NCBI GenBank assembly: GCA_964016885.1 | Contig: OZ024743.1 | Coordinates: 154,008,001-154,072,000 of the forward strand | DNA: 64,000 bases | Source: Eledone cirrhosa | Taxonomy: Eukaryota | Direction: 5' to 3' | Part shown: in pieces, positions 25,223 through 39,569 of the stretch | Layout: each line of letters opens with the position of its first letter | How positions within the stretch are numbered: the stretch's first letter is position 1 | Position numbers and translations under genes: made by a program | The notes under the pieces: model-generated | What the model was told of the DNA's origin: nothing | The model's database searches: none | The model's input: only the letters and a program-made list of their open reading frames with translations

Positions 25223-25727
25223 TAATATTTTTTTAAGGCAACGCTTGTAATAACTCTAGTTAAACAGGATATATATTAATAATAAATTATCGTTGTAATG
25301 TAATTAGATGATGTAATTGTTATTATAAATTATCTTATAAATATTAGTGTAAGATGTATAAAAATATTTTCAGACTTTTAATATAAACAACTACAAAAAA
25401 CAATCAATATTAAATCAATATTAAATCAATATATTATACATAATAGAAGACATAAAATAAACAATACAAATACAAAATATTTACATACAATTGCAATTAT
25501 CAGTGTATATACATTTTCTTTATATTCCCTGAGCAAATTAATAAGATTTGTTTTTATTGTACATAATTTTTAACTCACTTTTTAATAGTTGTTGGCTGAG
25601 CGAAATTGTAAAAGCCTATGAGCAAATATAAAAAAAAATACACAAACAACATTTCCTTGTGTTATTACAACATTAGATAAAATAATTGAGCAATGTCGTT
25701 ATATTTTGCTCTTATTGCACATTAATA

Positions 25728-25895
25728 GTGTTTCTATTTTTCGGCACAAATCCATTACGGCAGTCCATTACTGGTACTTTATTTTATCGAATTAGTAAGT
25801 ATGAAAGTCGAAGTTAACCTCGGCAGGATTTGAACTTAGAATGCAAAGGACCATAACAATACTGCAAAGCATGGTGTCTGACGCTCTACCAATAC
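25728..25895 (-). mobile_element. Diverged SINE family A copy (further fragment at 26688-26737)
   Basis: attactggtactttattttatcga..gttaacctcggcaggatttgaact..ctctaccaatact. Confidence 0.75.
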
Positions 25896-26280
25896 TTGTG
25901 TTGAGCTGGTCATTAATTTATGGTGGTCGTGCGTGGAGTAGAGCAATCGCTAGTTGAAATATTATGAACAAAACATTTTTATTTGCCGAAGAACATATTT
26001 TCAATACTGTTTGTGAATGTGACGAAGGAAATACATTCTGATATGGAACAGTGTACAAAGTGTGTCTGTGAATAACATAATGTTACCTCATGTTGTTGTC
26101 AAGATTTCGTATATCCAGTTAGAAGATGAAACCTAGCCATCTCGGATTAGTTATATTTCATGCCATGTGTAAACGTGTTTGAGGATAGCAAAATATGCGC
26201 GTTAATTATAATAATTAGTTAATAATATTACAAAATATACCTAATTAAACTCTTTGCTTGAAATTTTATCATTCTTCGTT

Positions 26281-26315
<35 letters not shown>

Positions 26316-27239
26316 GGAGAGAGATTTATCTAGTCCTTCGCTCAAGATTAATCTATAAGTTTAGATGTTTGCCTTCGTTTAAGTAAATATTACAGTAAGA
26401 TTTTTAATATAAACAACTACAAAAAACAATTAATATTAAAACGAAAAAATTATCAATGATAAAAGAAGCGGATGCAACTTTTTTTTTTATAAAGTTATAT
26501 TCCTGTTTCTTTAAAGAACATTTCATTTTTGTTCTATTGTAGGCGAAATAATGCAATGGTTTAATAGGGAAGATATAACTCACGAATTATGTCTCTAACC
26601 GTGTAACGCTTTTTAAGTAGATAACTACAATTGAAAATACTAAAGAAATGGAACCAACAATTCAATTTGAAAGTCGTCTAGTGACAGTGTATTACTGGTA
26701 CTTTATTTTATCGACCCCGTAACGATGAAAGGCAAAAATGCAAATGCTTAAAATTTAAATTGCCTTAATTCTATCGTCTGCTGTTTCATTAAAGGGAGAT
26801 TATCGTCTGTATTTAATTCTATCGTCTACTGTTCCACTAAACAGATATACCTCCACTATCGTCTCTATTTATACATTTTAACTTATAACTTATACACATT
26901 TGATTTGAAATATTTTATCTAGTCCCCCCTCTCAATATTATGATGATTTCTTTCGAATGAAACAGTTCTAGTCCTGTAGAAACCATTTATATATATAATT
27001 GTATTATATATAATGTGTGTATATACAGGATGTCCCCCAAAAATATATACACACTTCAACAGCATTCTAATAACTATTGCCTGTACAGGTAATCAACGTG
27101 TCAATCGAATGTTAGTTTCGTGTTTTAACAGTACAAATTTACAATACACACATAAAACCAGTGTATATACATACATGAGTGTGTATACACATACATGAAT
27201 GTGTATATACAATATATATGTATATATATATAGACACAT

Positions 27240-27858
27240 ATATTCACGGTGCAGCGGTACATTAAAATATAGATGCGGGAGAGGGGGGGTGTATATATAG
27301 GGGCGCTGGGGATAAAGGAGTGTAAAGCGTGTGTAATTGATATATTGAAGGAGAGGAGCGTGCAGCGATAGAGTAACAAATATATAGAGAGGGGGAGAGA
27401 TGGTATTGAAGGGGAGGAGTGCAAAGCGAAAGAGTAAGAGATATATATAGAGACGGAACAGATAGAGAGAAACAGGCGTAAGTAACAGTGGAAGAGATAT
27501 AGAGAGAGGTACTCTGATTGGTTGAAAATTAGCCAATGACATACGATCACCACCACCACGGCTATCCCCGAAAAATTTTTTAAGAAGCTACGCATATATG
27601 TTAGAACACGAAAAGTGAACATTCTGTTGTTTCACACTTTTCGTGTTCTAACAGATAAATACGTTTGTTTATATTTTGTTATTTTGTATGCAAAAATATC
27701 TGTACACGAATATATATATATATTATATATATATTTATATATAATTATATATTTGTGTACAGATATTTTTGCATACACAATAACAAAATATAAACAAACG
27801 TATTTATTTGACGAGGCTCGATAGAGTAAACCCGAGCAATGCCGGGCCATTCTGCTAG
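27240..27858 (+). mobile_element. Non-autonomous Helitron-like element, 3' end, with internal palindromes
   Basis: Subterminal hairpin cccgagcaatgccggg followed by CTAG|T; long inverted repeats at 27600-27652 and 27655-27807. The 5' boundary is uncertain. Confidence 0.6.
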
Positions 27859-27989
27859 TATATATTAAAATAACAGATTACAGTTTAAGCAAAGAATCGC
27901 TGCTTTCAACCTTATCGAGCCCTCTTTGGATTTTAGTCTTCACATTTATTATTATTACTATACACACACACGCACACATATATATACCA

Positions 27990-30900
27990 TCGTGTGTCAT
28001 GGCCTTTGAGAGGTGCAATTGGGTAAGCTCGGCTTTTATCACCTCATCCCAGGTCTTCTTGTGTCTCCCCACTACGCGGTTTCGATCGCCTTCTAGTGCT
28101 CTACACCTTTTTATACAGCTGTCTTACTTCATACACACCACATGTCCATACCAACGTCATCACCTCTCCTGCACACAGCATTTGATTCCTCTTATGCTCA
28201 GTCTCTCTCTCAATTCCTTTATGCTTTGCCTTTCGCTTACATTACTATTACACATCTATCGGAGTATGCAGGCTTCGTTTCTTTCTAATCTACGCAATTC
28301 TTCCACAGATAGCGCTCAGGTCTCACTACCATGTAACATTGCTGTTCGAATACACACATCATACAGTCTCCCTTTCATTTTGAGGGAAAAGCATTTTGCA
28401 GCTAGCAGTGTCAGTAGCTCCCTGAACTTCTTCCATCTCGTTCTTACCCTAGTTATTGTCCTTTCCGAACACCCACCTCCGCTGATAATTCGGTTACTTA
28501 AGTAGCAGAAGCTGTCTACTGTTTCTACAGAGCCCTCCCAAAGTTTGGTGGTTCTTGTTTCATGTGGCTGTTTGCTGCTTGCTGTCCCAGCACAGCTGGT
28601 ACATGTGAAACCTACATTCTTAGTTAAGCTTCCTNNNNNNNNNNNNNNNNNNNNNNNNNNNNNNNNNNNNNNNNNNNNNNNNNNNNNNNNNNNNNNNNNN
28701 NNNNNNNNNNNNNNNNNNNNNNNNNNNNNNNNNNNNNNNNNNNNNNNNNNNNNNNNNNNNNNNNNNNNNNNNNNNNNNNNNNNNNNNNNNNNNNNNNNNN
28801 NNNNNNNNNNNNNNNNNNNNNNNNNNNNNNNNNNTTAGTTAAGCTTCCTGATACCCCACTACATCTCTTGTGTACCCATTGTTTGCATTTGAGGCAGAGC
28901 ATGGAGTTTCTACCTACACCTTTCCTACATACTGAGTAAGGCCATTTCCCTGAGGGGATCTGTGTTCTGTTTTCTCGTCTACTTACAAGGACCTTAATCT
29001 TTGCCAGGTTGACTTTGAGACCCTTCCTTTCTAGTTTCTGCTTTCAAGTTTGGAATATCTTCTATAGTTCTACCATAGATTCAGCTATAAGTTCTAGGTC
29101 ATCTGCATACAGGAGTTCCCATGGGCATCCGATCTTAAACTCCTCTGTTATTGCCTGCAGAACTATGATGATAGGAGAGGGCGAAGAACAGAGCCCTGGT
29201 GGACTCCGACCTGTATGCTAAATTCCTCGCTATAGTCATTGCTAATCCTAACTTTGCTGACTGCTCCCCTATACATGGCTTGTACAGCTTTCACAAGTCA
29301 TTCATCTACTCCTAGTTTTCTTAGAGCCCACCAGATTATAGCATGGGGAACTCTGTGAAAGGCTTTCTCGAGATCGACGAATGCCAGGTAGAGCGGCTTA
29401 CTTTTAGCCAGGTACTTTTCCTGTAACTGCCTAACAAGGAAGAGGGCATCAGTGGTGCCTCTTCCTGGCAGAAACCCAAATTGCACTCATCTAGTTTCAA
29501 CCGGTCCCTAATCAACTGCGCTAAAACTCTTTCTGTTACTTTCATGACCTGGTCCATCAGCTTTATACCTATATAGTTTCCTCTATCTAGTGCATCAACT
29601 TTACCTTTGTAGCAGTTGACAATGATATTACTGCACAAATCCTTTGTTATGTCACCTTCTAGTATTACCTGGTTAACAATAGTGTGGTTATGGTGTGACC
29701 TACCGACGCAGATCCCTTCAGCATCTCGGCAGTTATACCCGATGGACCGGTTGCCTTCCCCGTCTTCATATCTTTGATTTCCTTACTTATTACGCTGCTG
29801 CTGACTTGTACTGCTGGCACCTCTATAGGATCTACTTGGGGTAGGGTCTCTTCTTCCCATGCATTCTCCTCATTTAGTAATCTATCATAATGGCTCTTCC
29901 ACGCATCTTTCTTCTCAGCACTTGTGAGGGCAAGCTCACCTTTATCATTCCGGATACACTTCTCTCCAATGACATCAATTCTCTCTGACACCCTGCGTCG
30001 CAATCTTGAACACGTCCTGTTTCTGGTCCTCACGTTGCAAAACATGCTTGAATTTTCTATCCTCTGCTTCCCTCCTAGTTAAGTATACTTGTCGCCTAGC
30101 TTCCCTCCTGGTCTCTATGTACAATGTACCCTGCTTCCCCCGTTATTCCATTCTTTCCATGCCTGTCTCTTGGTCTTAACTGCCTCATCTACCTTATTGT
30201 TCCACCAACAAGTCACTCTCCTCCTGCCTGTGGTCTTACTCCAGTCACAGATCTCATCCATCGCCTTTAGTAAGTTATTTTTTAGGAAATCTCTGTGCTC
30301 TTCTACATTGAATGTCTCTATCTGTTCTTCTTTACTGTCATAGGCGTTGATTAAAATATCTTTAAATCTGTTACTGGCTGAGGGGTCTTTCAGCTTCCAG
30401 ATTTTTCTTCTCCAGGTTGGCTTCTGTTTTCTGGTTCGTCTAGTTCTGACCGTGAGGTCGCTGACAACTAAGTCATGTTGGGAGGTACATTCCTCACTAG
30501 AGAAGGCTTTTGTGTTTACGACCGTCCATCTGTCATGTCCTCTGACGAGGATAAGATATATCTGACTAGAATGCTCCTCTGATCTATAGGTGATCAGATG
30601 GTTGTCGTGTTTTTTTAAGTTTGTGTTACATATCGACATGTCATTGTTGTCGCAGAATTCTAGAAGCCTGAACCCTTCTTCATTTCTTGTGCCAACCCCA
30701 TGGCCTCCATGGACTCTATAGAAGCCGTTACGGTGTTTACCTACGTGTTCGTTAAAATAACCTGCAATGATTAGAAAGTCATTGTCGTTTGTTAGAGCAG
30801 TAGTGTGCATTAGGGACACATAACACCTATCTTTAAGTTCGTCTGGCAACCCCGATTGGAGTGCTTAAGCTGATATTATTGTGGTAATTGTTTTATTCAG

Positions 30901-31175
30901 GACTAGTCTGAGTTTAATGATTCTTGCATTCATCCTGTTCACGGAGATTACCTTATCTATCCACTTGTCAGCTAGTAGGATACCTACACCACCCATCCCA
31001 TCGTAATTTCCCACCCAGAACAATTTGTAGCACTGCTTTTGGCCTACGAGGACTATAGCAGACTCTCCTCTCCATCTAGTCTCTTGCACACAGCATACAC
31101 CAATTTCCTTTCGCTCAAGCAACTCTACGATTTCTCCTGCTCTCCCTTTTATTGTGCTTACATTGATGGTTACAA
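27990..31175 (-). mobile_element. Near full-length, disrupted RTE-clade LINE (APE endonuclease, RT, PHD-like finger inside the RT region)
   Basis: CVQETRWRG, GVGILL, GxRNEEGxRLLEFC, SQHDLV, QFGFLPGRGTTDA, AFVDLEKAF, LLYADDL, C.KCKQWVHKRC..FTCTSC; multiple stops and frameshifts. Confidence 0.93.
28635..28834. other. Assembly gap (200 N)
   Basis: Run of N. Confidence 0.99.
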
Positions 31176-31216
31176 CATAAATTATTTATATATATATATA
31201 TAGATAGATATATAAA

Positions 31217-31265
<49 letters not shown>

Positions 31266-32814
31266 AAACTTCTGTTAATTAGATTAACACAGCAGGAATT
31301 CTAGATGCCCTCTGCTTGAGAGTCAACTTGTGAATGTCAATTAGAAGAAAACTTACAAATTTTATCTAAGATAGTATAGCAAAACAAAAGCAACTTAGGA
31401 GTATTTATGCAATTTATTTTATGTCTAGCTATCAAGTAGGTATACACATCATACATAACACATAATTAGTAGATGTATACACTCGATATATTGAAATAAT
31501 TGATGTCAGGTATAAAGCCTTTTGTTTTTACTTTTGATTTTGGATGAGGAACAGTGGGAGGAAGGGTAAAACATTTCACTTGCTTTTATTTTTGAGTCAG
31601 GCGCTGAAGAGCACCACCTTGTCTTCTATAGGAGATGTTTTCTTGCTGAAATTAGATTGATGAATATAATTGGTGCAAACAATATCGATTCTAAAATATT
31701 GGAGGTAAGTAGTAACTCATCAGACCAAAGTATTCATTAAACTGATATTTGGTTCTGAGATTATGTAGAAAGACAGTGAATATGTCAAGAAGAGATTTAT
31801 GTACAGCAGCTAAGTTCAAGAAGATAGAGTTACTGAGGATCAGAGAAAATGCAAAATAAGATTAGGTCAGGAAGTGAGAATTTATTAAATTTATTGATCA
31901 GGTAGATAATTACCTTCCACCCTGGAATGTCGTCTGTAGTATTGCTGACTGAAGAAAATTGCCATGATAGCAGTACTCTATAGCTAGATATTTTTAAGCC
32001 TTATATAAAATGAAGTTCCACTTAGAATTAAATATATTTCAGTTTTGACAAAAAATTAAAATCATTGTCAAAACTTTAAATGATAGATTTTTATATGTCT
32101 ACTGATGCTTTTTGTAAATTTATATGTATTTATGACAAATACTTGTATGATAGTGTTCAATACACTCATACTTAGATTCTAGCAAGGAAAGCTAAGAATT
32201 CTGACATTTGTAATGATTGTTAACTGAAATCATATTATGCTGACATAAAATTACTGCTTTTTCAAGATTGTATGTCACAAATACAATGATTAATGTGAGA
32301 AAGCCAATGACAGCATGATATGCTAGTTATATATGATTTTCAGTCTAACACCTTAAGCACAAAGCACATTAAGAACTACATTGAGTTGCTGAGTTTTCTA
32401 ATACCTCATGATTACATAGCTATAAATAATTTGTATATTACACTTAAATACTCCATGCTGCTATATGCTAACATCTCTTCGTGATTATAAGGAGTTAAGC
32501 ATCTTACAGATGCATACTCTTTACTATATAATTTACAAATTCCTGAATCTCACATGTTTATATGAGGTTAAATAATCACCATTTAAATACATTGTAATGC
32601 AATAAACAGATCTGCTACTACTTGGATGTTATAAGTTACATCATAGGTGGTGATCGATTATATTTTGGCAGAAGATTTTATACTGAATAACCAAGGTGAT
32701 ATTTAATAAGACTTAGAGATTTGATTTCTTTGTGAGGTGATTTGAAGTTATTGAATTCCCACATTTCTTGACTATACCAATGCAATAAGATAAATAACCG
32801 TGGAATGAGTTTTT

Positions 32815-33430
32815 AAATGGTGGCTTGACCTGCTAGAAATATTAGTAACATCTCCCTCAAATTAAACTTGACTATTTTTAATAGTATCCAGGGCATAATG
32901 TGTATTGCAGACTGAGGCAGACTAAGGCTGTCTAGCATGAAAGGATTTGATAGTCATAGTGAGAATGCCTTTGATTGTAACTTTCCTTGATAAGGACTGA
33001 CCTGGGAGGTTAAACATGAACTCAGCTTCGAGCTGAGACATGATTAGGAATTCCAGTTACGGAGAGCTTAATTTCAGCTAATAGAATCTAATATTATTGA
33101 TAAGAATAAGTGTTTCTGCCATTGGTAAAAGGCCAGGTATTTTTACTGAATTATTTATTTTAGCCAACTAATCCAACACCTGTCCTTTTTGGCACTGCAC
33201 CATCTTCAGTTACTGCTAAATGAGCACTCTTCGATGTGGTCACTCATCCTGTTAGAAATATCATTTTGATATTGCACCCTATAATCTTAAAATTGTAAAT
33301 AAATCATTCAATAATATACTCCTCAACGTGAACATAAAAATCTAAAAAAAGAACATGTAATCGTCACAGCTCAAATGGAGTTGAACATAGATTTATTCAA
33401 TAAGGGCTGATCTGAGGCTAATCGACAATT
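32815..33430 (+). repeat. Two ancient SINE-like remnants (related pieces at about 45950-46125 minus and 62910-62955)
   Basis: Shared gacctgctagaaata..ctccctcaaat..gaatgcctttgat..aggactgacctggg blocks. Confidence 0.5.
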
Positions 33431-33585
33431 AAATGTAATATAGATAATGATTTTGTGATTACACAACTATGCAACAGGAATTTGAGTTAAATAACTTGCT
33501 CAAGAAATGCACTTCTACCCCAGATGAGGAGTAACATTTTAGAAAGCTAGTGTGGTTGTAATCTAGTGCTTTATTAAACCAAATA

Positions 33586-33776
33586 AATAATTGTTTCTAC
33601 TTTAGGCACAAGGCCAGAAATTACACAGTGTATTACTGGTACTTTATTTTATCGACCCCGTAAGAATGAAAGGCAAAGTCAAACTCAGCGGGATTTAAAA
33701 TCAGATCGTAAAGGGACGTAACTATGCTGGAAAGCATGGCGTCCGACCCTCTACCGATACTGCCAATCCACCACCC
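33586..33776 (-). mobile_element. tRNA-derived SINE, family A, with TSD
   Basis: Full-length; ttaaaccaaataaataat present on both sides. Confidence 0.9.
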
Positions 33777-35234
33777 TGTTAAATAATTAAACCAAATAAA
33801 TAATGAAAATAATGAGTAATGGAGCAATAATAGTTAACTGTATTTTTGTTATTAATTCTTTACTCTCTTTTTTCAGCAAGTTACCAGGTTAATGGTCCAG
33901 TAAATCTGCATTAACTACTAGTTGAGACCATTATTTTTGTAGCAATTAATTACATCTGAATCTCTGCATTTGACCATTGCTAGCAGTATTATTTTGTAAA
34001 TTATTTTGTTTTGAAGATTTTGTAGAAATAGTTGATTAGGACGTTTTATTCTTTTCCTTTCCTGATTATTGATTTAATATATATTTTAAATTTTATTTTA
34101 TATTTTATTTTTACCAAACATTACAATTATTTTCATTTTCGCTTGTAATATTTTACAATAGCCCTTCTCTTCATTTTAGAATTAAGAGTAATAAAGAGCG
34201 TCCATTCTTTTGCTGGCTCACTTAATAAGGCATTCAAATCAATACTTCGATTCTTCTCTCCTTATGTCCATTGAAAGTATTGAACTATTTCAAGAATTCA
34301 CTTATAGTCTAATTGTTACTGATGTAAACAACCAGTTTCTCCCTATTTCTGGATTCTAAAACAATTGACAAAATTCTTTAAAAAATGTTTTTTTTTCCTG
34401 TGATTTTTATAAATGTGTTTATATATTAACATTTCAAACACATCACATGTTTATAACTGGAAATGATTTTAAATTTATGGTTGTCATATATATACTTGTT
34501 TATATGAATTAAAATAGAATAATGTTTAGAACAAAATCATAAAAATATTCAGTTATCAACGTTTGTTTAATGTAAATAATCATTGTTTCCATTGTGATAT
34601 TCCTAGTTTCATCACCTTCAATGCCTATGTTTGCTTCTGGTATTAAATAAGTGAGAGATAAGACAGCAAAAAACAATCCTATTGCAGTATACATTTACAG
34701 AAAAACTGTCATCTATTATTATTATCATGATGAATGTAGGCATGTAAAGATAATATTTTGCATAGGGGCCCAAGGAAATGCCAGTATATGCAAGCAAAAG
34801 ATCTACTACATACTGACTATATTTGCAGAAGGTAGCAATGCAATCTCCCACAAATCAAACCATGCCATTTTAATGAAACACATATGATATGATGTCCTAG
34901 ATATCACTAAATACAAATTGCTCTTTGTAAAATTATGAAAACTTTGTAAGTATGCTTTCTTAAATAAGTTTGTTCTATATGGTTTCTTTTGTTTACAATC
35001 ATATCAATACTCCAAACAATCAATTATTTTAGTGAAATACACCCTGCCATTCAATTTTGGAAAATAGAGAACTAACTGTAGTGCATAAAGTGTTCATAAG
35101 GAATGGTGAGTAAATGAAAAGAATATGTTGTAAATGCTCACCATAGCTTTCAATGTATGGGTAAAATTGTATTTGTGCTGCAGTGGGGAACATTCAAGCA
35201 AGGCAAAATTAAAACTTGTATAAGACAAATCTTA

Positions 35235-36866
35235 TTATTCTTCGTCCACTTATTAGCGGGAGGGTTGTTGGGGTAGAGTCCTCAAACACTCCTTTCAGCA
35301 AGTCCTCTCAGAATAATGGTCTCCAATTGATCTGGCCGGATTCCCTAGTATGACCAGCCAAGCTCATGGATATTATCCAACCAACTTGCTTTGGGTCTAC
35401 CTCTATGTCTCTGCCAGGAGCAACTCTCTGATCTCCAGACTATGCATACTATCGAGTAATGGTACTCTACAGACTCTTTGGAGGAACCCCATTTTCAGCC
35501 ACTTGTATTTGCAATTGTATTCCTTGGCTATTACCATTTTTCTGATTACCAAATGTGGAAGTTGGTTCATTACTGCTACAGCTCCTGAAAATGTTGCACT
35601 TATTCAGCCTCCTACCTTCCATCATTCCACATACTGTGTAGGCCTCCTTGAGAGGACACGTATCTTAATCATTGTATAAATTTCCATTCAAGCTGTGTAG
35701 TACTGACCATGAAACCTATCAAATGCATGTTGGATATCACCTTCTGATGCTTTAAGTAATACCATCATCTGCAAATTCCAGCAGACTGATTTTACTCATG
35801 CCAGTCATGACACTACTTCAATTCTGGATGTGCATGTCAATCCAGTTCATGAAGATTATAAACAAAAATGGTGACAGTACACATCCTTGGTGGAGTCTGA
35901 ATTCCACATTGAATGGTTTTGATTGAGCACCATTTGTCTGAACACAAATAAAATACAAGATGTGCAATGACAAATTCTATTTTGCTTTAAAATTAGAACG
36001 AAATCGGTGGCAAAATGTGTGAGCTAGAGCCAAAAACTATCTATCGATCCCATTCTTCTGCAGAACCTTTCACAGCAGGTCCCATGGAATGCTGCCATAT
36101 GCCTTCTCGTGATCTCTGAAGCAAGCATACACCTTTTAACAGTACTCCCAGAATTTCTCAAATACCTGCCACAGTGTGAATATTTGATCATCTGTGCTGC
36201 TTCTAGGGCAAAAACCACAGTATTTCTCAGTTAGCCTGGACTTGACACTCACTCTACATCTTAGCAAAGACTTTACTTCGGAGGCTTAACAAGGAGATCC
36301 CTCTATAATTGGAGATATCTTTCTTGTTTCCCTTTTTGAAAGTTAGGATTATCATGCCATTGCTCAGGAGCCTTTCCAGAGATCCGGGCCACTTGGCAAA
36401 CACATGTCAGCCAGAGATTTCCTCTTTATTTAAGTCTTTTAACATCTCAACCCAAACTTCATTCTCCGAAGAGGTTAAAGATACCATCCTAATGCAGAAA
36501 GGGGCCTGCAAAGCTTGGCTTGAAAATTTGACCCCCTTCTTGCGGTTGCCATAAAAGCAGGCATGAAAAGTTACAACAGAAACAATAAAGATGTACAAAG
36601 ATAAAACATGGAAATCTTTGGAGTTCAGATGGAATCTGACTGCAGATCAGCAAATACATTTTCTGGCAGAGCATCTTCGTCCATAACTACAATCATGAAT
36701 ATGTCTGGAGTTCTCGTCTCTATATCAAGCTGCCTCCTTGTGAGGTGGAGGGAATTCTTTTCTTTTCATCTAAACACAGTCACAACAGCATCTTCAGATG
36801 TAGATGATGTGCATCAGGGAGTGATGACTAATCTCACAGAGCCTGAAGTCACAAGAGCAATTAAAT
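35235..36866. mobile_element. Decayed RTE-like LINE RT; minus segment 35235-36440, plus segment about 36450-36866
   Basis: Minus strand LHQGCVLSPFLFIIFMN and LLEFADD; plus strand LVRWREFF..HLN..PEVTRAIKS. Confidence 0.7.
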
Positions 36867-36944
36867 CAAATCAATATGAATAAAAACAGTATACAATTAA
36901 GCCTTCCTGCATACATACATATATATATATATATACAGACACAA

Positions 36945-37214
36945 TATGCCGCCAGACCCCCCACTGCAAGGTGGTCGTGGAGGTGCCACGGCAAAAAAGC
37001 ACCCAGCCCACACTGTAAAGTGGACGTGTAGGCGCCACGAAAAACCACCCAACACTCACTGTAAATGAGGTTGGTGTTAGGAAGGGCATGCAGCTCTAGA
37101 AATCAAGCCAAATCAGTTCCTGTATGAGCAAGGCATGGTCAGCCGACCAGACACTGCCCACAACAGGACAACCCGTCTAACCCATGCTAGCGTGGAAGAA
37201 CGGACGTAAAACGG

Positions 37215-37247
<33 letters not shown>
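36945..37247 (+). mobile_element. SINE family D with RTE-type 3' end and (GAT)n tail (related: 19350-19570, 50735-50980, 56010-56328)
   Basis: gttaggaagggcat..ccgtctaacccatgctagcgtggaagaacggacgtaaaacggt(gat)n. Confidence 0.8.
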
Positions 37248-38244
37248 CACATATATATGTGTTGCCAGATGGGCATACATTACCACACACACAGATACAC
37301 ATATGTGTCTGTATATATATGTATGTATGTATGCAGGCAGGCTTAATGTTATACTGTTTTTATTCATATTGATTTGATTTAATTGCTCTTGTGACTTCAG
37401 GAAATAAATGTGTACACATGCACCCCTGGGTGCGTGTACACATGTTTATTTATTTATTTTCCTTTTTATATTCTTTCACACAATATGCACCGAACAGGTA
37501 TCTTGCCTCTACTCGCAATTTTTTTAGCAAGAATGTTTTTTATAAAAGAAATTATTGTAGTCTTTTCTATGGTCTTTCCAAACACTTGTCTCATACCATA
37601 ATTCCTCATTTATATATATTTTCATACATTTACCTCATACCATTCTCAGCACCTCATTAATTGTTTATAGTGCAAATCCCCTTTAAATGTCTAAACATTA
37701 TAACCCCCCCCCCCCTTATGTCCAATCACTCTTCTGTGACAAACTGATGACCAGCTTAAAACCGCATACCCCTAGTAAAACACCGCATTCTTTCATGTCC
37801 TATCACTCACAACACTACCTCATCCATACCACACACAGCACCTACGCCTCACCACGTACACGCAGGTATGTCTATAGCAAGTCAAAACAGCACGCCCTGC
37901 ATCTCAGATCAACCATTGCTCCCCACCACTACCTCATCACTATGATCACCCACCCTTACCTATCATACATGCCAAAACATTCCTCATAACTAAACCACCA
38001 ATCAAAACAACCTAAACTGACCAATATATCAACTTGATACGTTAGACATTTATATGCCTTATACATTCATTTTATATATTTATTGTCATTACTACAGCTG
38101 AGATCTGACGAGGTTTTGATTCCAGAGTTAGACCAGATCCATATAAATTGAACCTTCAGCTGATCAATAAACGTAATGAAGACATACCAAATTGTCCTTG
38201 TATATATATATATATACAAGGACAATTTGTATATATTGATGCTA

Positions 38245-38308
<64 letters not shown>

Positions 38309-38310
<2 letters not shown>

Positions 38311-39460
38311 TAGCAGCAGTACCCAGCGTTGCATGGATAGGTAAAATAATATCTGATTTGATGAAAAGGTGTTGATCTTAGCAACTGCTTCTCGATGACT
38401 CATCTATGGCCACACACAGGCCTTGCGGGGAAGGGTGGTGATGACCTCTATCACGGAGAAACGAGGGTGACTGACGAACGGGCATACTGGGGGAGGGAGG
38501 TAATGACCTCTAGCACTAAGCCAAATTTCCTCACGCTACTTGATTGGAAACCGATGAATTCTCAAATACTACGACTAAAAGCTCAGGCGACGTCAGTCGC
38601 CATCGTTTTGCCTTTGACCATGTATAATATGTGCAATGATAGGTTCTATCGTAGTATAAAAATTGAACCAAATAAATTGATTTATGTGTAAGGTGGAGAC
38701 GAAGTTTCGAATTTGAACGAAATCGGTTGAAAAATGTGGGAGCTAATGATAGGTCGCCGTCCCTGAACAAAGAATGCAAAGTGTAAAGCTACTATAAGAT
38801 GTGCAATGATAGGTTCTATCCTAGTATAAATGTTGAACCAAATAAATTGATGTACGTGTGAGGTGGAGCCGAAGTTTCGAATTTGAACGAAATCGGTTGA
38901 AAACTGTGGGAGCTAGAGCCGAAAAGGCGGACATTTGAGCGAAAAGATGGTATTTTCGAATATTTAAGCGGCTGCCACGCGGTTCCTGAACAAAAAATAC
39001 AAAATGTAAAGCCACTTTAATAATCAGATGTAGCGTAGTGTAAAATTTGAACAAAGTAGGTTGATTAATGTGGGAGTTAAAGCAGAAAAAAGGGGAAATT
39101 TGAGTCTAAAATTGTATTTTTGAATATTTAAGCGGCTGCCACGCCGTCCCTGAACAATAGATGCAAAATATAAAGCCATTACAAGATGTGCAATGACAAA
39201 TTCTATTTAGCTTTAATATTTGAACGAAATCGGTGGCAAAATGTGTGAGCTAGAGCCAAAAATCTTATTTTTCGATAACTAAAAAAAGGTGACCCCTATC
39301 GATTTTTATCTGCAGAATGACCCCGGAATAAAAGAAAACACTCCCCGATAACTAATATATGAGCCTGTAAAGTTTCATGAAAATCGGTCGTAAGATGTAG
39401 GCCCCTATAGGTAATACACAGACACACAGACACACACACATACTTAATTTTATATATATA
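38309..39460 (-). mobile_element. Non-autonomous Helitron-like element with internal ~180-bp tandem repeats
   Basis: Minus 3' end ccatgcaacgctgggtactgctgCTAGT; repeated gatgtgcaatga..tttgaacgaaatcggt..gggagctaga units; (TG)-rich 5' end. A fragment also sits at 35953-36036. Confidence 0.7.
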
Positions 39461-39569
39461 CATATACCATCATCATCCTCGTTTAACATCTATCTTCCAC
39501 GCTAGCATATACAGATACAAAGTCGTATCTCAATTATGTGCATTCATTTGGCAATGTAATTAATTAAAT

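Noticed and set aside
34509-34880. Hydrophobic minus-strand ORFs resembling a membrane protein
   Set aside because: Frameshifted, no diagnostic motif, and hydrophobicity is expected from T-rich DNA.
38625-39260. CRISPR-like periodic repeats
   Set aside because: Degenerate tandem units inside a Helitron-like element; eukaryotic context, no unique spacers or cas genes.
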